Assembly (NCBI GenBank): GCA_030295235.1
Contig: AP026162.1
Coordinates: 2,108,001-2,172,000, forward strand
Reading direction: 5' to 3'
Length of the DNA stretch: 64,000 nt
Source: Fistulifera solaris
Taxonomy: Eukaryota
Under the pieces are notes generated by a model. That model was given only the letters and a program-made list of their open reading frames with translations. It searched no databases and was not told the DNA's origin. Shown piece after piece: positions 37,538-49,723 of the stretch. Position numbers and translations under genes: made by a program. Within the stretch, counting starts at the first letter, position 1; each line of letters opens with the position of its first letter.

Positions 37538-37551
37538 ATACTCCGGGGTAT
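37538..37551. promoter_or_regulatory. Palindromic TACTCCGGGGTA motif, copy 1
   Basis: ATACTCCGGGGTAT about 55 bp upstream of the ferredoxin ATG; the same 12-mer recurs at 48207 and 60165. Confidence 0.45.
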
Positions 37552-37605
37552 TATGTTTGTGAAGTCTATTGTCAATACGTCTCGTTAATACAATCTTGTG
37601 TTTCA

Positions 37606-38351
37606 ATGATGAGAGCGCTGAACAAAATCATTTCTAGAATATGTGTGCGTGGCGGAGAAAAGACTCAACAATATGTAACGGAACAACCGTTTCGTCAGCG
37701 TTTGCAAACGGCCAAGACATCACTTTATTCGACCAGTGGTAAGAAGTTGCGGTAGCATTTGTTCTAAGGTTTCTTCTTACTTAGTTATTTCGAACCAAGC
37801 TGTTATCCGGCAAAAAACTGTTCCAATCGTGTTCGTAGAGTCCGATGGCACCGAAAAAGAAGTGATGGCTGAGATCGGCAAGAACCTTCTCGATGTTGCA
37901 CATGGTAACAATGTCGAATTAGAAGGTATGTAATCGGGTTCGAAATGTGTGCTATCAGGGATGCTGAATTTTGACACTATGCTCATTTGATGCAAACTAC
38001 AGGTGCTTGCGGTGGTGAGCTCGCCTGTTCGACATGTCACCTTATTTTTGAAAAGTCGATATACGACAGTCTTCCCGCAAAGACGGATGAGGAAGAAGAC
38101 ATGTTGGATCTTGCCTTTGAAGTGACTGAGACGTAAGTGGAGCACGCCGATGGTATTTGTTGCAACTATACAGTGACTTACTTCGAAGTTGTGGGAACTC
38201 GCAGATCGCGCTTGGGCTGCCAAATTTTAGTCCGAGAAGACTTCTCCGGAATGAAGGTTAGTTGACGCGACTTTTAGTTTCTCTCCCAGTTCGTTTGTCT
38301 CAATGTTTTTATTTGATTGGATAGGTGCGGATCCCCGACGATGGCTTTTAA
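37606..38351 (+). CDS. Mitochondrial [2Fe-2S] ferredoxin (adrenodoxin/Yah1 type)
   Basis: Five exons give ...[27 protein letters not shown]...[22 protein letters not shown]...[11 protein letters not shown], with GT-AG introns. Confidence 0.9.
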
Positions 38352-38948
38352 CGATATGTCTCTAGAGTAGTTCAAAGCAATGTGGTGCAAGCTTCCTATC
38401 TGTTCTAAAAGGATCGATCCATTATCCAATCTTCTTTGCCGTTACTAGTACGCATACCTAGCCAAAATTGTGAGCCATAGCTATAGCTAGATAGCATAGT
38501 TTTTGGGGTTGACTACGGGTTTGATTGCCCGCAACTTCTCAGATCGCGGTTCGGGGTTCGGGGGACGGGGAAAACTAGGTAATCACAGAGACACTGTGGA
38601 AGATGATGTAGTTGAAGGAATTAAGTAAAATTGTTAGCGCACAGTTTATATAAGGCGGTTTTTTCCAACGGATAAAATTAGTCCGTTGTCAAGGATAATT
38701 AGACAAATTACGTCGTTGCGGACTACTTTTGGCGTTCTATTTAGTTGTTGAAACACAAGATTGACTCCGCCGTCTTTTTTCTGAAGAATGTTTTTCAACG
38801 AACGAATGAAATTGAAAACGCCCCCACGCTCATTTGACTCTTAATTTAAAGAATCATCGTTTCACGATAGATCCATAGCGTTGCCGCAACATCTCGCTGA
38901 CTTTATTATATCTGAAGCTTTCGTCTAGAGAATAAAAGAATTTTGAGC

Positions 38949-40448
38949 ATGCCGTACCATCGATACAATAATAGCGAAGACGATGAAGATGCAGATGGAG
39001 TGGATACTATCGTAAGGAATGCAAACATTTTCCTCGACGGAGAATCTGTAATCCTGCCCGAGTCGACCTACGGAGACGACCAATTTGCCGACGATGTGTC
39101 TTCCATCAATAGCTCCATTCATCCGAATAGAGACGTTGTAACGTTTGAAAACGATCTTCCGACCAGCTCGCGTCACCTGAAAATCAAAGGGATCAGCCCA
39201 CAAACCAAAGACACGACACCCAGCTTTATCGAAGAGAAATCCCGAACCTCGAAAGATACACGGAGCGTACCGACGTCGCAAAGTCAGCCCGCTGAAGTTG
39301 CATCATCCTCATTTTGCCTTTGTGGGTCCGACAAGCACCGACTTGGCTGAAAATTGTTTTTTTACTCAGTGTCCTACTTTTGGTCGGGGCGATGGTTCTC
39401 GTTGTCGTGGGACTCGTGTTAGCCATGTCTTCGAACGACGAAGACTCGAATGCATTGACGGGTGGAGGCAATGGTACCTTTCCGCCGAGTACGCAGACTA
39501 CGTTGGCTCCGGTGGCGACGCCGACGATCGACGAAACATCACCGCCAACTTATCCACCGAGTGATTTTCCTAGTACAATCGTGCCTTCGCAAATGGACGA
39601 GGATCTTCTCACAATTTACGTCACAATGGGAGAGTTGGAAGAGGATCTCGAGCAACTATCGTCGATTCCTACTGCTTCTGGCAATTCGGTTTTAGTGCAT
39701 CTGGGGAACTGGAATACAGATTTTTCAGAGAATGGGTGCGAAGACATTGATTTTGATGAAATCAAAGGCATCTACTCGAATTCTTCAGTGCCTGTCTATT
39801 TCGTCGTCGGTGACAGTGAATATGGCGGTAAGTTTATGTTCGCAAAAAACTTTTTACGTTTCAATTTTTTGTCTTAACGATCGCGCTTTGTGCTTCTTAG
39901 ACTGTTCGGATCCAGTCACTGCTTTGGATGAATGGAGAACTAACCTCGTCGGCTACGAGAGCGAATACTGGGAATCACCACCGTACCAAGTTTCCCGCAG
40001 TGAGCGAAATCCGGAATTGTTTGCAATAGAAATGGGCAATACTGTCGTTTTAAGTGTGAATGTGGGACAAATACAAGCGGATGGGGATGACAGGGAGGCC
40101 AGCAGAGTATCGAACGAAAGCTTGAGATGGATCGCGGCTCTCTACGAGGAGAATTGGGATGTCCAGCGCAACTTCGTTCTGCTCTCTAGTCAATTCTTAC
40201 CCGGGAATGATGACCAAAGTATCCGCTTTTTTGAAAATTTGTTGGCCGACATTCCGACATACGATCTAATCCAATTTTACTGGATCCAAGTAGGAGACGA
40301 CCAGAACTTGGATATTTTGTCGCAGTACGATGGTATTGAAAATCTTGATGTAATAACAGTGGTCAATCAGTCATGGCCATTACTTCGAGTTGCGATCAAC
40401 ACGTCAGATGTTGCCGAGGAACCGATAACATTTGGCTACGCTAATTGA
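38949..40448 (+). CDS. Single-pass membrane protein with degenerate calcineurin-like metallophosphoesterase domain
   Basis: TM helix, P/T-rich linker, VLVHLGNW, VPVYFVVGDSEYG|DC, RNPELF. Intron 39828-39900; T-run shift near 39313. Confidence 0.65.
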
Positions 40449-40493
40449 GAAAGTAGCAAGGGGTAATCTATTAAATTTTCTATGTTTGGTCGA

Positions 40494-42807
40494 CTAGACG
40501 CAATAGGTGAGCCATTTCGGCGATTCCCGAGCCATTTCCGCGAATTCTCTGTCAACTGGCATCGTACTCTGCAAGAACAATTTTAAGTTAAGGACCATAC
40601 TGGATCAACACCGCAATAAAGGAAACCCAATACTCACCTTAATGTGACCAAGCGGGAAGTAACAGCTTACGAAATTACCGGCCATCGGAAACGTTTTCAT
40701 AGGCTCTGAAATAACCACGCGGTTATATACGTTGCCTTCTGACACGGCTTTGTCATCAGGAAGGTAATATGCTATTTCGTGATCTTTGCAAAGGGAAATG
40801 AGGCCAGTATTGTCGGGATCAATCACAAGCCCTACCTGGTCGCGTGCATTGGTCGCATAGAACATTATCACTATCGGTGCAACGTCGTCCCATAGAGTTG
40901 TACTGGAACAAATCAGGAACGTTTTTGACTGAACGGGAGGTCTTTGCAGACCCCACAGCGCAGTCCTGGATGTACCAAAACCTTCTTTCGGATTCACTTG
41001 GGTAGCATCCCTGATGTAACCGATGACGGTAAAGCAATATCCTTGAACATATGGGTCATTTATTTGAGCAAGAAGCATTTTGACACTTTCTGTGTAGAAC
41101 TCATCCATTTTTAGGCCCTTAAGATAGTCCAGCGAATATGTAGCATCGTAAGATGGATTGGAACTCGGTACGACGACCGGAAACTTGGTGTAGTTTTTCA
41201 AATCACTTCGCGGAGGGAACTCTCCAAAGATCTCGGCCTCTTGAGGGCGTGCTTGACACGTCAAAGCAGGCGGCATCTCTGGGTTGTCACAGCTGCCGAC
41301 TGTATTCACGACCATCCCCGTCCTTTCAAATAATCGTAGTAGCAGAGCTATACTGTCTTTTCGAGGACCATTGACGGCCAAGCTAATAGGCTGGTTTTCG
41401 TTCAGCCAGCTGGCAACACAATCCAAGTTAGCATCATCCTCAATATCTAGCTTGGAGAAATCCACAACGACCTTTCTCCAAAACTCATTGATTCCTGGTT
41501 GCGGCAGGGTATTTTCGATCTTGATGTAGGCGTCAACTTCATTGTGAACATTGTAACCTATGCTAGGAGGCTGCGTTCCTTTGGGCTGGGCGAAAATCCC
41601 AGCAAACACAGACTTCTCAACCGCTTCGGTACCAGTCTCGAGTTGTTGTGTCTTATCGAAAATCGACATGAGCTCGCCATCGTGAGCGGTCTTTGGAACA
41701 ACACAATGACGTAAGGCTGTACATTGACCCGAACTCTCGATCGTCGCGCTGATCTGAATCGCGTTCTTGACAGCGTCAGTAAGTTCTGTCGCTACCATCG
41801 TGTTGGGACCTCCCGTTGATGCCACTACTTTGGGATAAGATTTCATGATTTCGGCGGCCATTTCTCTGGAGGATGTGGTGTACAAGTTGCCTGTGTAATT
41901 CTCGCAAGACTTGATAATATCTTTGATATCCTCCAGCGAACACGACAGAAAGGTGATCATACCCGGATCAATACCGTGCTGCACGCAAAGTTGAACCAAC
42001 AGTTCCGCCCATCGATATGCATGTTGAGCCGTGTTCGTCCTTCCCAGAATCACACACGGAATTCCAACTTCCAGCGAGCGTATCGTCTTGCGAAACAGAT
42101 CCAGAAAATTGGTAAAGTTAGAAACACAACTCACGTAGATTGCTTGTCGGTTAATGAGAACTTTTCCGTGTGCTTCGTCTCGTAACAGTAGGTCATTCAA
42201 ACGTTGCTCTACCACATTGGCCATGATGGCCTCCTCAATCTCGGTGATACCATCTTGCTTCATGAAATCCAAACATTGATTACCGACCAAAAATCCAGCA
42301 TACTCATCGGACAGTAATATTTTTTCAATTTGGCGCATCGGTTTCCGGAGATCTTTGTAAGGAGAATCATAATCTCGAATGTGTCCTTTGAGCATTTCGA
42401 CTTGTTCCGATGATGCCAGCCACTGGGAACCATTTTCCTCACCCAACGCGTTGATTGTTGTCACCATTGTTCCGCCTTTCAGCTTTTTTGCCGTAGAGTA
42501 TCGTTGTCATCTACCATGAATCATGTTTGTGGTGTTCCGACCAGAAAAAAAAACGCTCGGTGAGTCCTATGACATGATGTAGACGAGAGTATGCTGGCCG
42601 ATCACTTACGGGAGAATCGTACCACAACTGGCGATCAAAGGAGTCCAGGTAGGTCAAAGCACTTTGGCGGAGTCTCACTGGATCAGGTGTAGGAAGATTA
42701 TTGAAGCAAGCCGCATATTCTGTGGTGCCAAAATGGAAACTCATCGTACGACGGCTTCTGTACAAAGGATTACAACGAGGAAAGACGGACCTCAACGTTC
42801 GATTCAT
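40494..42807 (-). CDS. Divergent aldehyde dehydrogenase superfamily protein with mitochondrial-type presequence
   Basis: SCVSNF, ASTGGPN, SSGQCTALR, EIFGE. Short first and last exons joined by GT-AG introns; A-run shift near 42485. Confidence 0.7.
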
Positions 42808-43577
42808 TCTTGACTAAAGCAGTGTCTTCAATAAAAATTACAGCAGGAAGTTGAAGTAAAAGCTGTAAACATTGATTGTGATGGCATTTGCGTTCCGAAG
42901 AACATTTGCTTTGCAGAAGTGCGGTGTCAAAGATTTTTTCTGTTCGCGATAAAGCAAATAAAAGCGCGGTACCGCGCCCGCTGTCCCGCCCCCTCGTGAT
43001 TAAAAATCGCAGTAGTCTAGCCGTACTTCTTCTGGCCTAAAGTCGCTAGCATTCACGCAAAGTCGAATACGGCTTTGAAAGATGAGGATGAGTACAGGTA
43101 AGCAATCTATACGTATTGCTATAAAAGTCTTTGTAACCACGGGGACGTATTCAAAAGTCAGTTTTGTCAGGTAATTTTTCGAGATACAATCGTCTACCTT
43201 ACAACGTGGATAGTCTAGGACTTAAAATATAATATCAAAGTTAATTATTTATCGTGTGACCTTTACTCGTGAAATACTCTGTAATTAGTTCGCCTACTAT
43301 TCCATGAACGACTTCAAGATGGTCACGCTATCATCTGATTTTATTGATTGTTTCCAGCAGACCTTTTTAATGCCCTCGCAAGGGCAACGGACATTACAAG
43401 CTCCCGGCAGTTGAATTGATGATTTGATTTTCTATAATCTCGGTTGAAGCGCAGATGAACTTATTACGAAAACTTGGTCTAATTAGTTTCGCAATCGATC
43501 GGTATTGCCAACCGATGTAACCTATCTAAGTATGCCGCTTTCGCAAGCGCGTTCGACGCTGAAGCCTCGCAATATTT

Positions 43578-44150
43578 TTATTCGTCGGAATCTAGAAGCT
43601 CATCTTCAGCTTGTCGTATCTCTTGCAATAGACCATGTAATCGTTTTCTTTCATCGACTGACGGCTTGTTCACCATCACCGTTTGAAAAGCAGCACGGGC
43701 GGCCCCGGCTAGTTGATGAATGCCAACTTTAGCATCCGATGTTATGTTGGGGTTACAGTGTGGTAAGAATTCTTGAATCGCTAAAATATGTAAATGACAC
43801 TTCTCAACCAGCGTCGTCGGTACAGCGAGCGCTCTGGCTTCAATACTCGCCTTTTCCTCGTCTGATAACGAAGAATCTTTCCAGGTTCGTTGGAGATCCG
43901 CATAGGCTTCAGCATCGTCATCGGCTACCTTCAACAAATCCTCCAGATGAATGGATTCTATCAAAGCCTGAGCCTTGGCCGCCGCGCCACTCTCGATATC
44001 TTTTTTGCGTTGTGTGTACGCCGCAGCCATACTCGCCGCGGAGGCACCAATCGCTGCACCCACTGCCGCTGCCGCGCCACCACCGGGAGTTGGTTGTTTG
44101 GCGGCTAATGAGTGAACGAATTTTCCAATCTGTTGCGAAGAAGTCGCCAT
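43578..44150 (-). CDS. Stand-alone formiminotetrahydrofolate cyclodeaminase / cyclohydrolase domain (FTCD_C family)
   Basis: FVHSLAAKQPTPGGGAAAA, ADDDAEAY, ALAVP, NPNITSDAKVG. Intronless. Confidence 0.85.
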   Translation of the reverse strand: MATSSQQIGKFVHSLAAKQPTPGGGAAAAVGAAIGASAASMAAAYTQRKKDIESGAAAKAQALIESIHLEDLLKVADDDAEAYADLQRTWKDSSLSDEEKASIEARALAVPTTLVEKCHLHILAIQEFLPHCNPNITSDAKVGIHQLAGAARAAFQTVMVNKPSVDERKRLHGLLQEIRQAEDELLDSDE

Positions 44151-45043
44151 TGTCAAAGGATTGTGAATGGATTGATGCCCATGGGTGTAGTGATGCGGCA
44201 TCGCATCATGCATCTTCACGAAAAAATCGTGTCCCGTGTAGATGATGATACAGTTTATGTGAGTGTGCTGCTCTTTTTAGTCTGTGAGTCACGAGCCACA
44301 AACAGGGTTCAGTCTGTCCGTGCGTCCTCTGTGACATTTTTTCAGCCACGCTACGACTTCGACCTAAAGCCCGAGTACCGTTCCGAGCTACAGACTACTT
44401 TGTTAGATTATACTTATTTTTCTGGTACTTTCAGGCCAGAGTCTGTTCAAACCGTGCTTCTTGGCCAAAAATGCAAGGCCATATAGCTCAGGGACACGGG
44501 AACGCACCTCTGCTTGGTACATTTTTCTACGGGGAGCCTACGTGAGTGTACACTTTTCCCGAACCTTCCAGATTTTTGGCCCACTTTTGGCCCATTTCCT
44601 TTTCACCCTCATTTTCATGCCATTGAGCGACCTTTGCTGCAACATTACTACATTATTCTCGGATTTTCCTGCAAATAATGATCTTCATGCTAATGAGATC
44701 ATATCGGTAATAGTCGCGCGCGGAAAATCGTTTCAGTAAGGGTCTTATGCCTTCGTAATAGGAAGGATTCTCCGCAGAGCGTGATCCTGACCTGCAGCTT
44801 GACGGTGACTTGATTCGGCCGAAAAGGGACATAACTTTGTTGTAGTGGCTACATATACGTCGCTAGAGGAGATGGAGGATACGATAGCTAAAAAGCCTAG
44901 TTAGGGCGAGAGATAATCAAGGTTGAGCTGAAGTGATTCTTTAGGTTAAGCGACAAGCGATAGCATACTGCCTCAGTCTTGACATCGAAATGCGAAAGCT
45001 GTTCTTACTTGTAGCGTTTTCAAGCATAATTGTGATTATTCGC

Positions 45044-47907
45044 CTATAACATCATCTCCGATTGATCATCATTGAAGTCCTGAGACATTTCCGATTGTAC
45101 CATGTCTTCGTCAGAAGCTTCTTCAATAAATTGCTCATTTTGTTCGTCATCGTCAGCAGCACCCTCGTTATTATCGTACTCTTCCGAATTCAACCCAAAA
45201 TCGTTATCCATCAACTCCGCGTTATCTACCTCCATTCTTTCTTCACATCTCCCATTAGAGGGGATTTCAAAATATGGACCCAGATACTTGATGAATGCAC
45301 CGAATTTCTGTTGATCCGCGAGATGACGACTTCCCGTCCATTGTATTTCGTCTGCAAACACTTTAAAAGCAGCTTGCACCGTAGAAAGGTTCAACTTAGC
45401 CGGCCATGGCTTGCGGACTGCATGCGGTGGGTCCGCTAACCCATTTCCATTCACTATAAAGCTTTCCAGTCCTTTCGTTAAAGTGTCGACGAGACTCGTA
45501 TCGTCACCAAACAACGATAGCAGCAACTTTCTCAAAGGACCGTCGAAAAGCTTGGTAGTATCACAGCGCCCCTCGATACTTTCCCGCAAAGGTTACCAGC
45601 ATGGCTGAAGTCCCATTTTAAGCTATGACAGCGCTTTCGGTGATGCTGCATTGCCAGCGGGTCCGGCGTCTGGAACCAAACCGAGCCTGGTACACGAAAA
45701 GCTATTGGGATCCCACTACACGTTTGGCATATCCAACAAGGCTGTTGTTTCGTCGACACGTCGATAAAGCCATGAGCACTGAAATCATCCACCTTTTGAC
45801 ATTCAGCCACGGTATTAATCGAAGAGAATGCTTGTAAGCGCTCAAAGAGTCGATTGAAATATTTTCTCTGGGAACCAAATTGCAGAGAAGCACACTGGAC
45901 GGAGTGAATTTTCCTCGTCGCCACCAAGGCTTGTTTCACGTCAGTCGGAAGGTAAGTACAGTTTAGAAAGTGATTGTAGTAGCTCGAGTTGAGTGCCGAA
46001 GCATAGTTGTCTGGAGCAGAGGGGTAAGATCGACCCGAAGGAGATACTTGACACTCGCGGTCATGACAGTGTATGCAAGACAACCCATATAGCTGAGATC
46101 TTGTTGGATTGTTCGGACCAACTGCCTTGAGCTGACGCATGGCCAGGAAAACGTAATCAGACACAAGACTCCGGTCCTCGGGTCGAATCAAGCAATCGTT
46201 CATGGCTGGATCCCAATCGCTCTCCGCGCTTCGTAGAACCGTTTGGGTTTCTTGGTCGTCGACAGTTGGGTAATTGGACTCCTTTACTATTTTGCTAGCC
46301 GTGGCTATTGGTGCCGTCAATCTTGCGTTTGTAGTTGAAGTTGGTGGCGACAGCAGACCTTGTTCTAGCGGCAAACTTGCAATGATTGGTGCCATCTCCT
46401 CCTCCGTTTTATCTTCAGCGCGAATCCTCTCCCACAAGTCCTGCATGAATTTTCGTTGCGAACCGTACGGTAATTGAACCAATTGTCTCGTGTGTAGACG
46501 CTTATACTCGGATAGAGCTCTTTTTGTTGCTTGGGGCATGTAGCGACACTTTTGCAAATGTGACCAAAATGAATTCATGATCGATGATACCATGTTGTCA
46601 GCAGCCGAAGGATAGGACCGAAAGTACTCCATTGTATCCGCGCAATGACGACATGAGTATCCCGCCAATCCTACATGTACACTTTTTGCCCTTTTGCCTC
46701 TCGAGGTTACATCGGAAGGAAGAGCATTGCATATTTTCATTTGCCGAACTGTGAGGAACATGAAGTCTGTCACCAGAACTTTTTGCTCAGCTGTACACAG
46801 ATTACTTTTATCTAGGTCAGCAATAGCTTGAGCCAACACTCTTTCTGAGGCTTCATCTGCAGTTATCTTCGCTGCAGTTGCAGCAGACGATGACACCACC
46901 TTAGCTGGTGCTGCGGTTGTTGAGGATTCTAGACCATCGTTGTCATCAACGCCAGTCGTGTGTTGGAGAATCTGGTGTTGTTGCCTTATCGTTTCCAAGG
47001 GCAAAGGTCCCAAAGACAAATCCCTTTCAAATCGCAAGCCGTCATCTGTATCGGTAAGGCCTATTCTCTTTGCTGCAATAATGTAATACAGAGGAACTGG
47101 GATAGCAGTTTTGAATCGCTTCGATGAAAGCTCAGATTGCAGTTGAATAAACGCGAGTTCCTGACGTGCATCATTTGACATATACTTGCAGTTTTGTTCG
47201 AAATGTAAAGTCGGCTTTTGTGTGCAGCTGGTATGTAGGCTGCTCAAATTTGTAGGGTATGACATTGCTCCTATCGGCCAAGGGTCCCTCACGGACCGGC
47301 GTGCTGCTTTGCAATGAATACACCTAATTCCAACTCGTCCTACCGTGACAGCACGTCTTCCCGCCTGAAGAAGTGACGCATCTTCTACGGTTGCAGAGAA
47401 GAATTCAAATTGTCGGCGAGTCCAGGTCTGTAAAGGTGACAGGTAGAAGCTGTCGTCAGGCATTGCCATCGAAATCACGCCTTCGTACCATCCTTCGTCG
47501 CGATGAGATGCAAGTGCAGAAGGAATAGCGTCAGGGTGAACATCTATCATAATGCTATCGTCGACTTTGATAGCAACACCCTCTTTTAATCCAAGTTTCG
47601 CATTCACATCAATCCGCAGACGTTTTGGTTGCTCAATTTGATTTGCTTGTGACGATATAACTGGCTCTATTTTCACAGTAGATGGGATCAAGTACGGATC
47701 AAGCACATTTTCTTGTGTATCTTGGTCTCCAGCATTGTAGTTCATAGTCAATAGAGTCAAAAAAGATGGATATCCCTTTGCGCGTCGTGCGGCCCGGCGA
47801 ATCTTGCGACGACGTTGTTTGCGTTCTTCATATTCAATTTCTTCCGAATCACTCCGTACCCGCAAAGCCGGCTCTTCTTCTAAAATTTGAACGCTGTCAT
47901 CATCCAT
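45044..47907 (-). CDS. Large protein with three repeats of a Cys/His domain (GRVGIRCIHC type)
   Basis: GRVGIRCIHC, GLAGYSCRHC and YGLSCIHC, each followed by a YP and an H-x3/4-C-x-Y motif. Frameshift near 45590; acidic tail. Confidence 0.75.
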
Positions 47908-48203
47908 CGTTCAAACTGCATTGAATAGATACAACAAGTAAGAACCCAATAACGGATATCAATGATGCTATCGTTCATTTCAAAATAATTGCGCATCGTC
48001 CTTCGTCGGCAAAAGGGACGCAGTGCCGAGTGCCGACCGAGCGATCACGAGAGTGTAGCAGTCACGTATCAACTTTTAACGGCAGGAGGACAGACAATCG
48101 TGACGTAGGTCTGATCTGGTGTCGGGTCTTGTTTTCGTACTACGTAATTCACACAAGTAAGTTCAGTCTTGTTCAGGATGCCCTAAGCTAAAAAACTCAA
48201 CTC

Positions 48204-48221
48204 TACTACTCCGGGGTAGTA
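48204..48221. promoter_or_regulatory. Palindromic TACTCCGGGGTA motif, copy 2
   Basis: TACTACTCCGGGGTAGTA, an 18-bp palindrome with one mismatch, ~150 bp upstream of ATG 48371. Confidence 0.45.
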
Positions 48222-48370
48222 TGTAATATATTTCAGTACAGGTTACGGCCACCTCTCTTCTCTCCACATTTTCCCGACAAAAATTCCCTCCAAACGACTG
48301 CCACATTTTCAAAGATGAAGTCAAACAGAATCAATCATCATCACTTCAATTGAACCATTTCACTCGAACG

Positions 48371-49153
48371 ATGACGAAAACACTCACATCGCTAATAGTG
48401 TCATCGGTGCTCGTTTCCGTATCGTGGGCGCAGAACGATGTCATGACTAGCACCTTGCCCGAAATGACAGAGCCGTCGTGCACAATGGATGGCGATCGGT
48501 TGATATGCAGCAACATCATGTCAATGATGGAAGATATGAATGGAAACCCCGTTCTTATATCATCAAGTGTTTCATGTGCGTCAAGCCCATCCATGTTTGA
48601 TTTCCGACAAGCGGAAGGATGTACATGCACGGCGCAAGTTACGACTGGAACCGAAACTAAAACCTGTGGATGCACAGTTTGCCCCGCCGGCTACGGAATT
48701 AATCCACTAAGCGTCGATTGTGGAGGCCAAGAAGACCCCTACGTCATGGATACTTGCACATCATTGGACTGCAATTTCGATTGCAATGGAAAATGCTCTG
48801 GGGGCTGCGATATCGACCCTCTCCCGGCAGCATGCGCCAATTTATGTTCCAGAGACGGCGATATTTCAGAGTCGGACAAATTAATAGAGACCCAGTCGGA
48901 TATTCCATCCGAGATTCCCTCGGATGTACCATCGGACGTACCATCCGGTCTGCTGTCGGATTTACCCTCGGATGTGCCCACGATAACACCCACTCTGTCT
49001 CCCACTTTGGCTCCCTACATTGCGGCTCCAACTACACCAACCGCACCATCTTCGTCACCAGTTACCCTAGATGTCGTTAGCGACTCAATGAGGCTGCACA
49101 GTCTGGTTACTTTTGTCCTGTCGACTGCAACCGTCATGTTCTCCACATTGTAA
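48371..49153 (+). CDS. Secreted or GPI-anchored Cys-rich cell-surface protein with PSD(I/V/L) repeats
   Basis: Signal peptide; Cys-rich domain; SDIPSEIPSDVPSDVPS and PT-rich stalk; hydrophobic C-terminus. Confidence 0.8.
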   Translation: MTKTLTSLIVSSVLVSVSWAQNDVMTSTLPEMTEPSCTMDGDRLICSNIMSMMEDMNGNPVLISSSVSCASSPSMFDFRQAEGCTCTAQVTTGTETKTCGCTVCPAGYGINPLSVDCGGQEDPYVMDTCTSLDCNFDCNGKCSGGCDIDPLPAACANLCSRDGDISESDKLIETQSDIPSEIPSDVPSDVPSGLLSDLPSDVPTITPTLSPTLAPYIAAPTTPTAPSSSPVTLDVVSDSMRLHSLVTFVLSTATVMFSTL

Positions 49154-49723
49154 TGATAAATTTTTAGACAGCAAAACTCGTTCTGTAAGAGCTATTTTGC
49201 GTAGGAATGAGTACAGCACTAATTTAGACCAACGTTTTTTATGAAGGATCTAAGGTTGGTGACTGATGATGTCGACTGTCTGCTGGAGCGCGCTGCATGT
49301 AAGGTTGCAGAAGTAAGCATTGAATACCACATACAGGGCATTCGATTGGCAAGGACCATTCAGCGCAGTATCGCACGCAAATACATAGTACAATGATTGA
49401 AATAACATTACCTAGTCCTTAGAGTTGTAATTCTTTTTGTGATTTGAGATATGCAGTGGTCCGAAACGTCCGGTTAAAGTAATTCGTTGAAATAAATTCG
49501 GTCATTAATTTCCCGGGACTGAAAGCTATTTTAGTCGGAGAAAAGTACCGGTCAGCCTACACATGGTTGTATAGTAGACATACCGATGGGATAAGCTGCG
49601 CCATTAATGAACGTGAGGTGCAAAAAGAAAGTGTTCTGCCGCTTTTGTTCTCATCATTCCTTTGTAAGTGGTGAATCAAGCACACTAACAACACATTGCA
49701 ATTAAATTAATGATTAATATACT

